From contig JAQBQP010000001.1 of the NCBI GenBank assembly GCA_028286905.1, positions 15,114 through 79,113 of the forward strand: a stretch of DNA of 64,000 nt. Reading direction: 5' to 3'. This document shows positions 30,698 to 40,015 of the stretch, piece after piece; within the stretch, counting starts at the first letter, position 1, and each line of letters starts with the position of its first letter. This DNA is from Candidatus Doudnabacteria bacterium (GTDB lineage Bacteria; Patescibacteriota; Doudnabacteria; UBA920; VMFF01). The position numbers and the translations under genes were made by a program. The notes beneath the pieces were generated by a model. The model ran no database searches and had not been told where the DNA came from. It was given only the letters and a program-made list of their open reading frames with translations.

Positions 30698-31235
30698 TTT
30701 TTACTCCGTTTTCTAAAATATTGGATTAATTGTTCATATGCGACAATCAATCTTTTTCTTCTAGAAAAAACTATTAAATAATTTATTTTCTGTGTTACCG
30801 ACTCTATTATATAGATAGAGCGTAACGGCGATTCAATTAAACCATGCGTTTTCCCAAGAGATCGACCATCCTTAAATAGTAAATAACTAAGAAACAGTTA
30901 GGTCCGCGGGTTTAATCAACCACGTAATCTCTGACGGCAGTATTTGCATACTGTTACAAAGATTCCTGAAATTAAAAAAATCAGGGAAAAGATACAAACT
31001 TGGCCGGAAACATCACGTTTTGGCCTGTTTAGTAGCTATTCTCTGATTTCTTCGAGTAGTCCGATATTAAGCATAGTGTGGATAACCGCTAAGGTCGCGG
31101 CTAATATGTGAATATTATAGGATGAAAACCCCGGAACGTCAACCTGAGGATAATCACCTACTGTTAGAAGAAACCACTTATGTATATACTACGCGATTTG
31201 CTTACTAAAGTAACTGTGCATATCTTACACAAATT

Positions 31236-31260
31236 AAAATCCCTGATGTTCAGGGATTTT
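31236..31260 (-). terminator. hairpin 3' of tRNA-Gly
   Basis: aaaatccctg-atgtt-cagggatttt. Confidence 0.5.
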
Positions 31261-31264
31261 AATT

Positions 31265-31339
31265 TGGAGCGGGTAGCGGGAGTCGGACCCGCGTCATCAG
31301 TTTGGAAAACTGAGATAATAGCCGTTATACGATACCCGC
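31265..31339 (-). tRNA. tRNA-Gly (anticodon UCC)
   Basis: Hand-folded. GCGGGTA acceptor, TCAGT-TTTCCAA-ACTGA anticodon arm, GCGGG-TCCGACT-CCCGC T-arm, CCA encoded. The D-stem has one mismatch. Confidence 0.75.
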
Positions 31340-31386
31340 AGATCAATTTTGCTTCAAAATATTAACACAGCGGTGCGCTTTTGTCT

Positions 31387-31417
31387 AAACTAAAACCGGC
31401 CTGAGCCGGTTTTAGTT
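31387..31417. terminator. perfect palindromic hairpin (ctaaaaccggc-ctga-gccggttttag)
   Basis: Read from the sequence. Flanked by an A-run and a T-run. Confidence 0.5.
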
Positions 31418-31451
31418 TGTAGCAACTATTCAGTTTTAAAAGTTCTTCTTC

Positions 31452-31601
31452 TTATTCTTCTGAAGAAGAAGAACTACTGTTTGATCTACGTTTGGATCTA
31501 GCCAAACCGCCTAGTTTCCCTGCTCGAGCGTGTCCTGCAGAGTCGCCCTTCCAACCACGACCCTTTGCTCCTTGGGAACTATTATTTCCATTATTTGCCA
31601 T
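31452..31601 (-). CDS. small KGG-repeat (stress-induced acidophilic repeat motif, YciG/GsiB-like) protein, 49 aa
   Basis: MANNGNNSSQGAKGRGWKGDSAGHARAGKLGGLARSKRRSNSSSSSSEE. GGAGGTG SD lies 7 nt upstream. Below the 60-aa cutoff of the ORF track. The 3' end overlaps a palindrome at 31441..31475. Confidence 0.45.
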   Translation of the reverse strand: MANNGNNSSQGAKGRGWKGDSAGHARAGKLGGLARSKRRSNSSSSSSEE

Positions 31602-31635
31602 AAAACTCACCTCCCACAAAACTTTTACTTATTAG

Positions 31636-31744
31636 TGCGCTAATCCATTGAATCTGAATCATAATTGCTATCCGTACCGGACGCATTTCTTTGACTTGAT
31701 TGATCCGATGATGATTGGTCGGATCGGCTTCTGTTATCTTGCAT
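31636..31744 (-). CDS. candidate 36-aa Ser/Asp/Gln-rich peptide with a strong SD
   Basis: ggaggtttcATG start context. Translates to MQDNRSRSDQSSSDQSSQRNASGTDSNYDSDSMD. Confidence 0.2.
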
Positions 31745-31857
31745 GAAACCTCCATTGGTCTTTGATAAGACCTTAATTACTTACATAATGATTGTATCTT
31801 TTAGGTATTTTAAAACAATTGGAATATCAAACAAAAAACACCGCTTTCGCGGGGTTC

Positions 31858-31885
31858 TGTTTTGTGGGTCGATATTAGTGATCGG
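31858..31885 (-). terminator. probable terminator of the tRNA-Pro transcript
   Basis: ccccgcgaaagcggtg hairpin, followed in minus orientation by tgttttttgtttg. Confidence 0.4.
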
Positions 31886-31956
31886 CGTGGCCGCTCGCCT
31901 GCTGGCGAGCTATGCACTCCCTATGAGAACGTCATCTTCGATGACATAAGTTATAG

Positions 31957-32033
31957 TGGTCGGGAACCCGGGACTCGAACCCGGAACCTCTCGCTCCCAA
32001 AGCGAGCGCTCTAGCCAATTGAGCCAGTTCCCG
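31957..32033 (-). tRNA. tRNA-Pro (anticodon UGG)
   Basis: Hand-folded. CGGGAAC acceptor, GCTC/GAGC D-stem, CTCGC-TTTGGGA-GCGAG anticodon arm, CCGGG-TTCGAGT-CCCGG T-arm, CCA encoded. Confidence 0.9.
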
Positions 32034-32067
32034 AAGATTGAGGCTTATTACTAAACCTCAATTGAAA

Positions 32068-32346
32068 TTATGATTTGACTGCTTCTTTTAAACCTTTGCC
32101 GGCACGAAACTTAGGAACTTTCGTTGCAGCGATTTGAATTCTTTCAGTAGGCTTTTGTGGATTTACTCCAGCACGAGCTGCGCGATCGCTTACTGAGAAT
32201 TGTCCGAAACCTGTAATACTAACTTCATCGCCTTTCTTCAAAGTTTCTGTAATGACATCAACTAAGGTGTTTAGCATTTTTTCCGCTTCAGATCTTGGAA
32301 CCGCCAATTTACCTGCTAATGTCTCAATTAAATCATTTTTATTCAT
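32068..32346 (-). CDS. hup: HU-family DNA-binding protein
   Basis: 92 aa. MNKNDLIETLA...GFGQF...R.ARAGVNPQ arm motif. Confidence 0.9.
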   Translation of the reverse strand: MNKNDLIETLAGKLAVPRSEAEKMLNTLVDVITETLKKGDEVSITGFGQFSVSDRAARAGVNPQKPTERIQIAATKVPKFRAGKGLKEAVKS

Positions 32347-32414
32347 ATTTTGAAGTACTCCTTTTTTAGAAATGCCCTACAAGTATAGCTTAAAGGCTTA
32401 GCTTAGGCAACTCC

Positions 32415-32975
32415 CTAGTGAAAGAAGAACTTCTTTAATAAGAGCATCAGCCCTACTCCGCTAGCAGCGGCTACTCCTGCGATTGTTAATCCCTTAAAAG
32501 AACCGCCGCTACCTGCTTCAGGGTTTGAACTTGCGGTTGGTATCGTGCTCGTTGGCGAAGAAATCGCCACTTGGCTATTGTCGGGAGTGGTATTAATAGT
32601 TGCACTATTATTCGGATCGACAACACTTAAATCTGCTGCGGTAACACTATCTGCGGTGGTCGAAACTGCTGGGTCGGTAGCAACAGTTTTATTCTTTTTG
32701 GGCGCTGCCGGTTTCTTGATTTTCTTTGGAGCTTTTGGCGTTTTTGGTTTTGCGGTGCTAGGTTTTTTTGTTTTAGGAATCTTCGGCACAGCCTTGGGTT
32801 TTTTGGTCTTTGTTTTTTTGGGAGTAGGTGTACTGCTATTGCTAGGCGTTCCTAAATTCGCAGTTTGTGTATCTATGCTATAAGCCGAGATCGGAAAAGA
32901 AACTTCTCTAGCCTGGGCAGTTCCTGCTCCAAAAACCAAACTCAAAATCGCAAAAATTGAGAAAAAATATTTCAT
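32415..32975 (-). CDS. secreted Lys/Pro-rich protein with C-terminal TM anchor
   Basis: 186 aa. Signal peptide, PKK/TKK repeats, C-terminal GLTIAGVAAASGVGLMLLLKK. The plus-strand ORF 32545..32883 is an antisense shadow. Confidence 0.4.
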   Translation of the reverse strand: MKYFFSIFAILSLVFGAGTAQAREVSFPISAYSIDTQTANLGTPSNSSTPTPKKTKTKKPKAVPKIPKTKKPSTAKPKTPKAPKKIKKPAAPKKNKTVATDPAVSTTADSVTAADLSVVDPNNSATINTTPDNSQVAISSPTSTIPTASSNPEAGSGGSFKGLTIAGVAAASGVGLMLLLKKFFFH

Positions 32976-33042
32976 TTTAATTAAAACTTAATTTGGATAA
33001 AATAAAACAACCTTCTTGTGAGAAGGTTGTTTTATAGAAGTT

Positions 33043-33489
33043 TTAAGCTTCAGCTTCTGGCTTCGGCTCTTCTTTGTCAGGAAATAATTTTTTAAATAGA
33101 GTTCCGAGCACGCCGTTAACAAATTTACCCGAGGATTCCCCGCCAAACGTTTTGCCCAGTTCAACAGCTTCGTTAATGGCAACTTTAGGAGGAACTTCTT
33201 TGGCAAATAACAGCTCATAGATACCTATTCTCAAGATATTGCGATCAATAACAGTAATCTGGTCTAGCGGCCATTCTGGAGCGGTCTCGACAATAGTTTT
33301 GTCGATTTGTTCCAAGTTCTCAACAATACCGCGAATAAGATCGTAAATGAAAGATGAATCTTCCAATCCCGGAGCTAGCTGCTCAATATTATGTTTAGCT
33401 AGATCTTGAATCGAATCTTTTTGTCCGTTAAAGTCCCACTCATAAAGAGTTTGCATCGTAACGGTTCGCGACAAGTGTCGATTAGCCAT
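33043..33489 (-). CDS. nusB: transcription antitermination factor NusB
   Basis: 148 aa, all-helical NusB pattern. Start at 33489 from the ATG. The track ORF 32988..33218 is spurious. Confidence 0.8.
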   Translation of the reverse strand: MANRHLSRTVTMQTLYEWDFNGQKDSIQDLAKHNIEQLAPGLEDSSFIYDLIRGIVENLEQIDKTIVETAPEWPLDQITVIDRNILRIGIYELLFAKEVPPKVAINEAVELGKTFGGESSGKFVNGVLGTLFKKLFPDKEEPKPEAEA

Positions 33490-33505
33490 TTAGTTTGATG
33501 TTAGA

Positions 33506-33682
33506 TTACTTAACTTTTCCAACTAGGCGACCTCTGTAATAGCCGCATTTCTTGCAGACTTCATGTGGTCTAACTGGACCTCCGCAGTTTTTACAAACTG
33601 CTAAAGATTTTTCAACTAGATGATGATGTGAACGTCTCTGATTTCTACCTGATCTGGTTTTGTGCTTTTTTGGTACACCCAT
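33506..33682 (-). CDS. rpmF: 50S ribosomal protein L32
   Basis: 58 aa, hand-translated: MGVPKKHKTRSGRNQRRSHHHLVEKSLAVCKNCGGPVRPHEVCKKCGYYRGRLVGKVK. CxxC...CxxC zinc ribbon. Not in the ORF track. Confidence 0.8.
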   Translation of the reverse strand: MGVPKKHKTRSGRNQRRSHHHLVEKSLAVCKNCGGPVRPHEVCKKCGYYRGRLVGKVK

Positions 33683-34175
33683 GGTTTTATTGATTTAATA
33701 TACAGGGTTAATTTTAAAATAAAACCGCCGAAATGTCAACGTAGCCCAATCGATCTAATTATTCCCCTTCCCTTCTAACTCTTATACTTTTTATAGCTTA
33801 AATATAAATTAAAAAAGATTCGTACTAAGAGCCTAGTAAATATAGCTCCGTACAAATCTTTTGGGCTGCCCCCAAACCGCATAAAGCGAGCTTAGGAGCC
33901 ATGGGTATTTTTGTTTGATTTAGGAGTGTACAGGAAATTGGTGGAAATGTCAAGGCTATAGGCGAACAGTGAATTATTTTACCTGCCCAATTCAGACAAA
34001 TTTTGTTTATAAAAAGAAAGACGCCCACCCTGACTAGAAGTCGGGGCGGGCGTTGATCAGCACTGGGCTGATCGGGCTCTCATGAATCATCCTACGCGGG
34101 ATCCCTGCAACGCGCGCGAGTGCGCATGTGTGAGCTTCCCTCCGAGTCGGTCGCGATGCGCGCGACCGATGATGA

Positions 34176-34505
34176 GGTAGACGGAAACGGCTTTGCGGGC
34201 CGTCTCAGAAGAAACCGTGGGACGACGACGCGCCGCGGAGCTACGAGGCTTCGGAGCTGTTCGCGGCGCGCGAGCCGGTGGCGACCGAGGTCGACGACGA
34301 GCCGATGATGCCGCGCGAGGTGAAGGTCATGGAATTACAGGACACTCTCCGGGTGCTGCGTCCGTGTCGGTCGATGGCTTTGGCCGGCGCGTGGGAACGG
34401 TTCATGATGGTTTCCTCCATGGAATGGTCATCAGAGCTTAGACGGTTTGTCCTTGCTCGACGGTCTCACACCTCATTGAGATGTGTTATCGTTTCGACAT
34501 CATAG
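34176..34505 (+). pseudogene. probable decayed gene remnant inside a 68% GC insert (no start codon or SD; possible frameshift near 34200)
   Basis: The frame with near-100% GC3 is open for ~110 codons (…ASELFAAREPVATEVDDEPMMPREVKVMELQDTLRVLRP…) but lacks an initiation signal. An upstream GC3-rich frame (34120..) is offset by one. An antisense 55-codon ORF with SD shares the same third positions. Confidence 0.25.
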
Positions 34506-34556
34506 CACATCCATAGAAAAAGTCAAGCACTTTACCTAAATTCAACAAAAAACCGC

Positions 34557-34582
34557 TTAAATAAGCGGTTTTCCCATATATA
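34557..34582. terminator. bidirectional terminator downstream of groEL
   Basis: aaaaaaccgctt-aaat-aagcggtttt. Confidence 0.7.
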
Positions 34583-34623
34583 TTCACAATAAGTTTCAGG
34601 TATAGGACGGACCTTAGTACTAA

Positions 34624-36291
<1,668 letters not shown>

Positions 36292-36301
36292 TTACTTTAA
36301 T

Positions 36302-36595
36302 TTATTCCATTACTGCTAAAACGTCGCTGTGATCTTTTTCAGAGCCAACGTATAAGATTTTATATTCTACTTTTTCTACTTCAACATCCTCGCCGGAATA
36401 TTTTCCGAACACGACCATATCGCCTTCTTTAAGGCCAAGCTTTTTTAAATCTTCGCCATTCCCTAAAGCAATAATTTTACCTTGTGCTTTCTTTTCTTTT
36501 TCAGCACTTGCGGGCAATACAATTCCCGAGGCAGTAATTTCTTCTTGCTTCAACGGCTGAACCAGAATTCTGTTTCCGATTGGTTTGATTTGCAT
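36302..36595 (-). CDS. groS: co-chaperonin GroES
   Basis: 97 aa, immediately upstream of groEL. Confidence 0.95.
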   Translation of the reverse strand: MQIKPIGNRILVQPLKQEEITASGIVLPASAEKEKKAQGKIIALGNGEDLKKLGLKEGDMVVFGKYSGEDVEVEKVEYKILYVGSEKDHSDVLAVME

Positions 36596-36772
36596 ATTGT
36601 CCTAATTAAATTAATTAATCGCCTGGCTATTTGGGCCGAGTTTATACTCCATTTTAGCACATTCCCTCAGACATAGGTCAACTTGCATTTTTCCAATGGT
36701 TATGCGATTATGGCCTATGTTCGCAGTACTGTTTTCCCAAACACCTGCGCAAGTGCAGGAGGAAAAGAACAG

Positions 36773-37093
36773 ATGCCGCCAAGGACTGCAAGGGCACGCC
36801 GCGTTCACTTCGAAAAGATCGGACACTCCCGATCGGGTCCGAACTACGCCGGCTGGGTGATCGGCGCAGCATTGCTGCTGCTGGTATTCTTCGCAATGCG
36901 GACCGCGGGCGCCAACAACGAAGCCAAGATCAAGGCAGCGGCTGCGCACGCCGATTCGATTCGGGTGGCGGACTCCACCGCGAAGGCAGTGGCTGCCGAC
37001 TCCGTCAAGAAGGTCGATTCGACCGCCAAGGCCAACGCTGCAGCCAAGCAGCAGGCCAAGCCGACGAAGCACGCCGCCAAGAAGCGCCGCTAG
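36773..37093 (+). CDS. small membrane-anchored Ala/Lys-rich protein encoded in a high-GC island
   Basis: 106 aa from ATG 36773 (GGAGG SD lies 10 nt upstream). The track's TTG start at 36683 is unlikely. One TM (WVIGAALLLLVFFAM), then AKAAAA/KK-rich tail. GC about 63%. Confidence 0.45.
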   Translation: MPPRTARARRVHFEKIGHSRSGPNYAGWVIGAALLLLVFFAMRTAGANNEAKIKAAAAHADSIRVADSTAKAVAADSVKKVDSTAKANAAAKQQAKPTKHAAKKRR

Positions 37094-37118
37094 TGGCTGT
37101 TCAATCAACGTACAACGC

Positions 37119-37160
37119 GAGAGCGCCGAACTGTCTTACAGTCCGGCGCTCTTTCTATTT
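37119..37160 (+). terminator. terminator of the high-GC 106-aa gene
   Basis: gagcgccg-(14 nt loop)-cggcgctc followed by tttctattt. Confidence 0.5.
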
Positions 37161-37181
37161 GATCTTATTGCTTTACTCGAG

Positions 37182-38060
37182 TTAAATTTTAAACGGCACT
37201 CTTTCTAGAATCTGTCGGCCTTTATTGCCGGGATGGAAGCTTAATTCGTCTGGTTCGATAACAATGCTATCTTGAATATGAATTCTGCTTTGCTGCATCT
37301 TACCAATTAACTTTTCTAGGTAATCGCCTACTTTGCCATGGAGCAATCTCTCCATAAAAACCTTCACTCTTGAAGTTGCTAAATCTGGATATTTAACTAG
37401 CTGCGGTTGAATTAAATAGTTTTTAATCCATTCTAAATTATTTTGCTGAAATTTATATATTTGATCCGCGCCATAAAATGGAATTAACGAAACATACTCC
37501 ACCGCAGTGTAAACATGCCGTTCTCGGCCAACATTTTTACCATTTTGTACATAATGGTTTAAGCAAAAACGATTTTCCACAAATTTACCATGCCGGCGTA
37601 CTCCAAATATTTGAAAATAGGCAGTTAAAAACAATCGCGCGGTCCAAATTCGTCCAGGCGCCGTTAAAACTAGCAGGTCAATATCACTGCCCTGTTTGGA
37701 ATTATTTATCGCTTCGGAGCCCGTTAATGCTACTGCGTTAACAAATGGTACAAAACGTACCCTCGGCAAATATTTCTTCGCTCGTTTTAAACGAAAAGTA
37801 GAATAATAATTATTTTCTAACCGGCGCTTCGCGATTTCTGCTCGGCCTTTTAAAAAATAAAAACCTTTAGCGTGCTCAACTTCGGATAATGTCGGTAAAA
37901 TTTGTTGGATTTCTAAAAGTGTTGCCTGTTTGTTATCTGCAGAAACATTTAGCAAATACTTATAAATTTCTAATAATGTTAAAGGGTGATCCTGAACATT
38001 AAAATATTCCAGCGTTTTAACGATCTGATTATTTAAACTATTTGGCGTAGGATCGATCAT
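37182..38060 (-). CDS. nucleotidyltransferase-fold protein
   Basis: 292 aa. GSEAINNSKQGSDIDLLVL matches the GS-x(9-13)-DhDh polymerase-beta-type NTase motif. Confidence 0.5.
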   Translation of the reverse strand: MIDPTPNSLNNQIVKTLEYFNVQDHPLTLLEIYKYLLNVSADNKQATLLEIQQILPTLSEVEHAKGFYFLKGRAEIAKRRLENNYYSTFRLKRAKKYLPRVRFVPFVNAVALTGSEAINNSKQGSDIDLLVLTAPGRIWTARLFLTAYFQIFGVRRHGKFVENRFCLNHYVQNGKNVGRERHVYTAVEYVSLIPFYGADQIYKFQQNNLEWIKNYLIQPQLVKYPDLATSRVKVFMERLLHGKVGDYLEKLIGKMQQSRIHIQDSIVIEPDELSFHPGNKGRQILERVPFKI

Positions 38061-38835
38061 ATAATTCCGATACGGTTACAAACTTATAGCCTTTAGCTTT
38101 TAGGTTTTCGATTATTTGAGGCAGCGCTTTTAACATGTTTGGATGATCGACCCCATGCTTCGCTCCAGAACCGTCATGCAAAACAATAACTCCGCCAGGG
38201 CGTGCAAACTTTTCAATATAACTTACAATCACGCTATCGCTCTTAGCGCTGTAGTCTTGGGTTAGATCATTCCAGGTTACAGTAATTAATTTTGCTGCGC
38301 GCGCTGCACCGAAAGCCCAGGGGCTACGAAAACCAAAGGGTGGCCTGTAAAATCTTGGCATTTGACCGGTATGCGCATAAATAATTTGATTAGTTTCAGT
38401 TAAGTCTTTGTAGATTGCATATTCAGTTTCAAATTGCAGGCTATGCGCGTGATGAGTGCTGTGATTTTCTATTTCGTTGCCGTCAGTAGCGATCTTTTTT
38501 GCAATTGCCGGATAAAATTTAACGTTATCGCCGACCACAAAGAATGTTGCTTTTACATCTTCTTGCTTCAGAATGTCTAAAACTTTTAAAGTTGTTTCGC
38601 CGTTTGGCCCATCGTCAAAAGTTAAAGCAATTACTTTGTCTTTTGTAATTATGCTTTTAAAAACATTGCCATAAAAATTTGAAGCCGGGTCATACGAAAA
38701 ATATGCAGCAATCACTAGGAATGCCAGGATCAAGCCGGTTAGTGCAAAAATTTTGAACCGAAACCTTAATTTGGAAGACTTCACAATCTTAAAAGATTTG
38801 TGCGTTTTGGGCATCCAACTCCTCCCAATCGCCAT
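38038..38835 (-). CDS. polysaccharide deacetylase (NodB-homology domain), membrane-anchored
   Basis: 265 aa. N-terminal TM, then TFDDGP motif and His motifs. Confidence 0.75.
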   Translation of the reverse strand: MAIGRSWMPKTHKSFKIVKSSKLRFRFKIFALTGLILAFLVIAAYFSYDPASNFYGNVFKSIITKDKVIALTFDDGPNGETTLKVLDILKQEDVKATFFVVGDNVKFYPAIAKKIATDGNEIENHSTHHAHSLQFETEYAIYKDLTETNQIIYAHTGQMPRFYRPPFGFRSPWAFGAARAAKLITVTWNDLTQDYSAKSDSVIVSYIEKFARPGGVIVLHDGSGAKHGVDHPNMLKALPQIIENLKAKGYKFVTVSELYDRSYAK

Positions 38836-39055
38836 AGCTTTCTTTATAGAATTTTATTTTAGGTCCAAAATTTAATCTATTCTGGCGGATTACTCTAAAG
38901 GTTCCTTTATCATTTGTGAATTCCAAAATATCTTGGGTACCGTCTTTTAACAAGCCGTCGCGTACTTCCACCAGCATTTCTTCGGTGTAGTAAGAAACAT
39001 TATCAAAGTCGAGCTTTGCTTGTTCGACCAATTTTTCCCATTTATCATCTGTCAT
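38789..39055 (-). CDS. hypothetical small protein
   Basis: 88-aa ORF. Overlaps the deacetylase start region. Confidence 0.3.
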   Translation of the reverse strand: MTDDKWEKLVEQAKLDFDNVSYYTEEMLVEVRDGLLKDGTQDILEFTNDKGTFRVIRQNRLNFGPKIKFYKESYGDWEELDAQNAQIF

Positions 39056-39067
39056 AATCCTAGTATA

Positions 39068-39979
39068 TCACTTCTGGCAATTCGTGCAGAAGGTGCTGGT
39101 ACGACTGCCAATCTTTTGGGCATGCAGCGGCTTGCCGCATCTTGGACAAGGTTTTCCTTCTTTAGCGTAAACCAAATGTTGATCGGAAAATTTTCCAGCA
39201 GTGCCGTTAGTCATCAAAAAACTTTCAATCGATGATCCACCCAACTTAATCGCTTCCTGCAAAACTTTCTGAATTGATTGTAATAACAATTTTTGCTGAT
39301 CCGGCTTTAGGCTACCAACTTTTCTTAATGGACTAATTTTAGATATAAATAATGATTCGTCAGCATATATATTGCCAATTCCGGCAATCACTTCTTGATT
39401 CAGCAGAAAATCTTTGGCGCGCTTTGAAGAATGCCTTTTTATAATTTCTGAAAATTCTTTGAGCTTCAAAGTAAGCGGTTCAGGACCGAGCTTTTGTTGA
39501 CTTAAAACATTTTTCATTTCCTTGTCAGTTACAAAGCGAATATGTCCGAATTGTCGGGTATCATTATAAAATAGCTTATCGCCATTGCTAAATATAAACT
39601 CGACATGGGTATGCTTGCTTGGCAGTGTTTGCTTTATTGCAGTCTTTGCTAAAGAAAGGGTCAATGGGTTTTTTAAGACTTTTTTCGGTAAAAATATTAG
39701 CTGCCCGGACATTCGTAAATGAATCATTAAATTACCGCCACCCGATAATCGAATAATTAAATACTTTGCGCGACGATCTAAGCCTAAAACTCTTTTGTTT
39801 TTTAGCAGAGCCGCGAAGTTCCGCGAAGATTTTTTTGATCCAATTTTAAGGTTTGAAATTTTTGCCGGACCAACCTTAATCATCTTATCCATATATACAA
39901 AAACTTCTTTGATCTGCTTCGATTTCAAAGATTTTTGCAATTGTCTTTTAACTGTTTCAACTTCTGGTAGTTCCGGCAT
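39068..39979 (-). CDS. mutM: formamidopyrimidine-DNA glycosylase
   Basis: 303 aa. N-terminal MPELPEVE, H2TH region, C-terminal zinc finger CPRCG...CTNCQ. Confidence 0.85.
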   Translation of the reverse strand: MPELPEVETVKRQLQKSLKSKQIKEVFVYMDKMIKVGPAKISNLKIGSKKSSRNFAALLKNKRVLGLDRRAKYLIIRLSGGGNLMIHLRMSGQLIFLPKKVLKNPLTLSLAKTAIKQTLPSKHTHVEFIFSNGDKLFYNDTRQFGHIRFVTDKEMKNVLSQQKLGPEPLTLKLKEFSEIIKRHSSKRAKDFLLNQEVIAGIGNIYADESLFISKISPLRKVGSLKPDQQKLLLQSIQKVLQEAIKLGGSSIESFLMTNGTAGKFSDQHLVYAKEGKPCPRCGKPLHAQKIGSRTSTFCTNCQK

Positions 39980-40015
39980 CGCTTTGTTAGAATGAGGTTA
40001 GATTGATCTGATTAT

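Noticed and set aside
31743-31949. 68-aa plus ORF between the small-peptide locus and tRNA-Pro; also 31164..31365 ORFs
   Set aside because: They overlap tRNA-Gly, tRNA-Pro or their terminators and have no SD. Composition is typical of intergenic AT-rich sequence.
31957-32033. Possibility that tRNA-Pro or tRNA-Gly are att sites of an integrated element, like tRNA-His
   Set aside because: No duplicated 3'-end fragments were found within the window for these tRNAs. Only tRNA-His shows att-like duplication.
32988-33218. 76-aa minus ORF overlapping nusB
   Set aside because: Out-of-frame overlap with the well-supported nusB reading frame.
33825-34028. 67-aa minus ORF upstream of rpmF
   Set aside because: No SD, odd composition. 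Lies in the probable promoter region of the rpmF-nusB operon.
34120-34505. Three overlapping plus ORFs (62, 82 and 75 aa) in the 68% GC insert treated as separate genes
   Set aside because: They are the three frames of one GC-rich stretch. Only one frame shows a GC3 coding signature, and none has a credible start. Handled instead as a possible pseudogene or ncRNA.
36611-37108. 165-aa minus-strand ORF in the high-GC island
   Set aside because: Antisense to the SD-bearing 106-aa plus gene. Its translation is Arg/Gly/Leu-rich nonsense, typical of GC-rich antisense frames.
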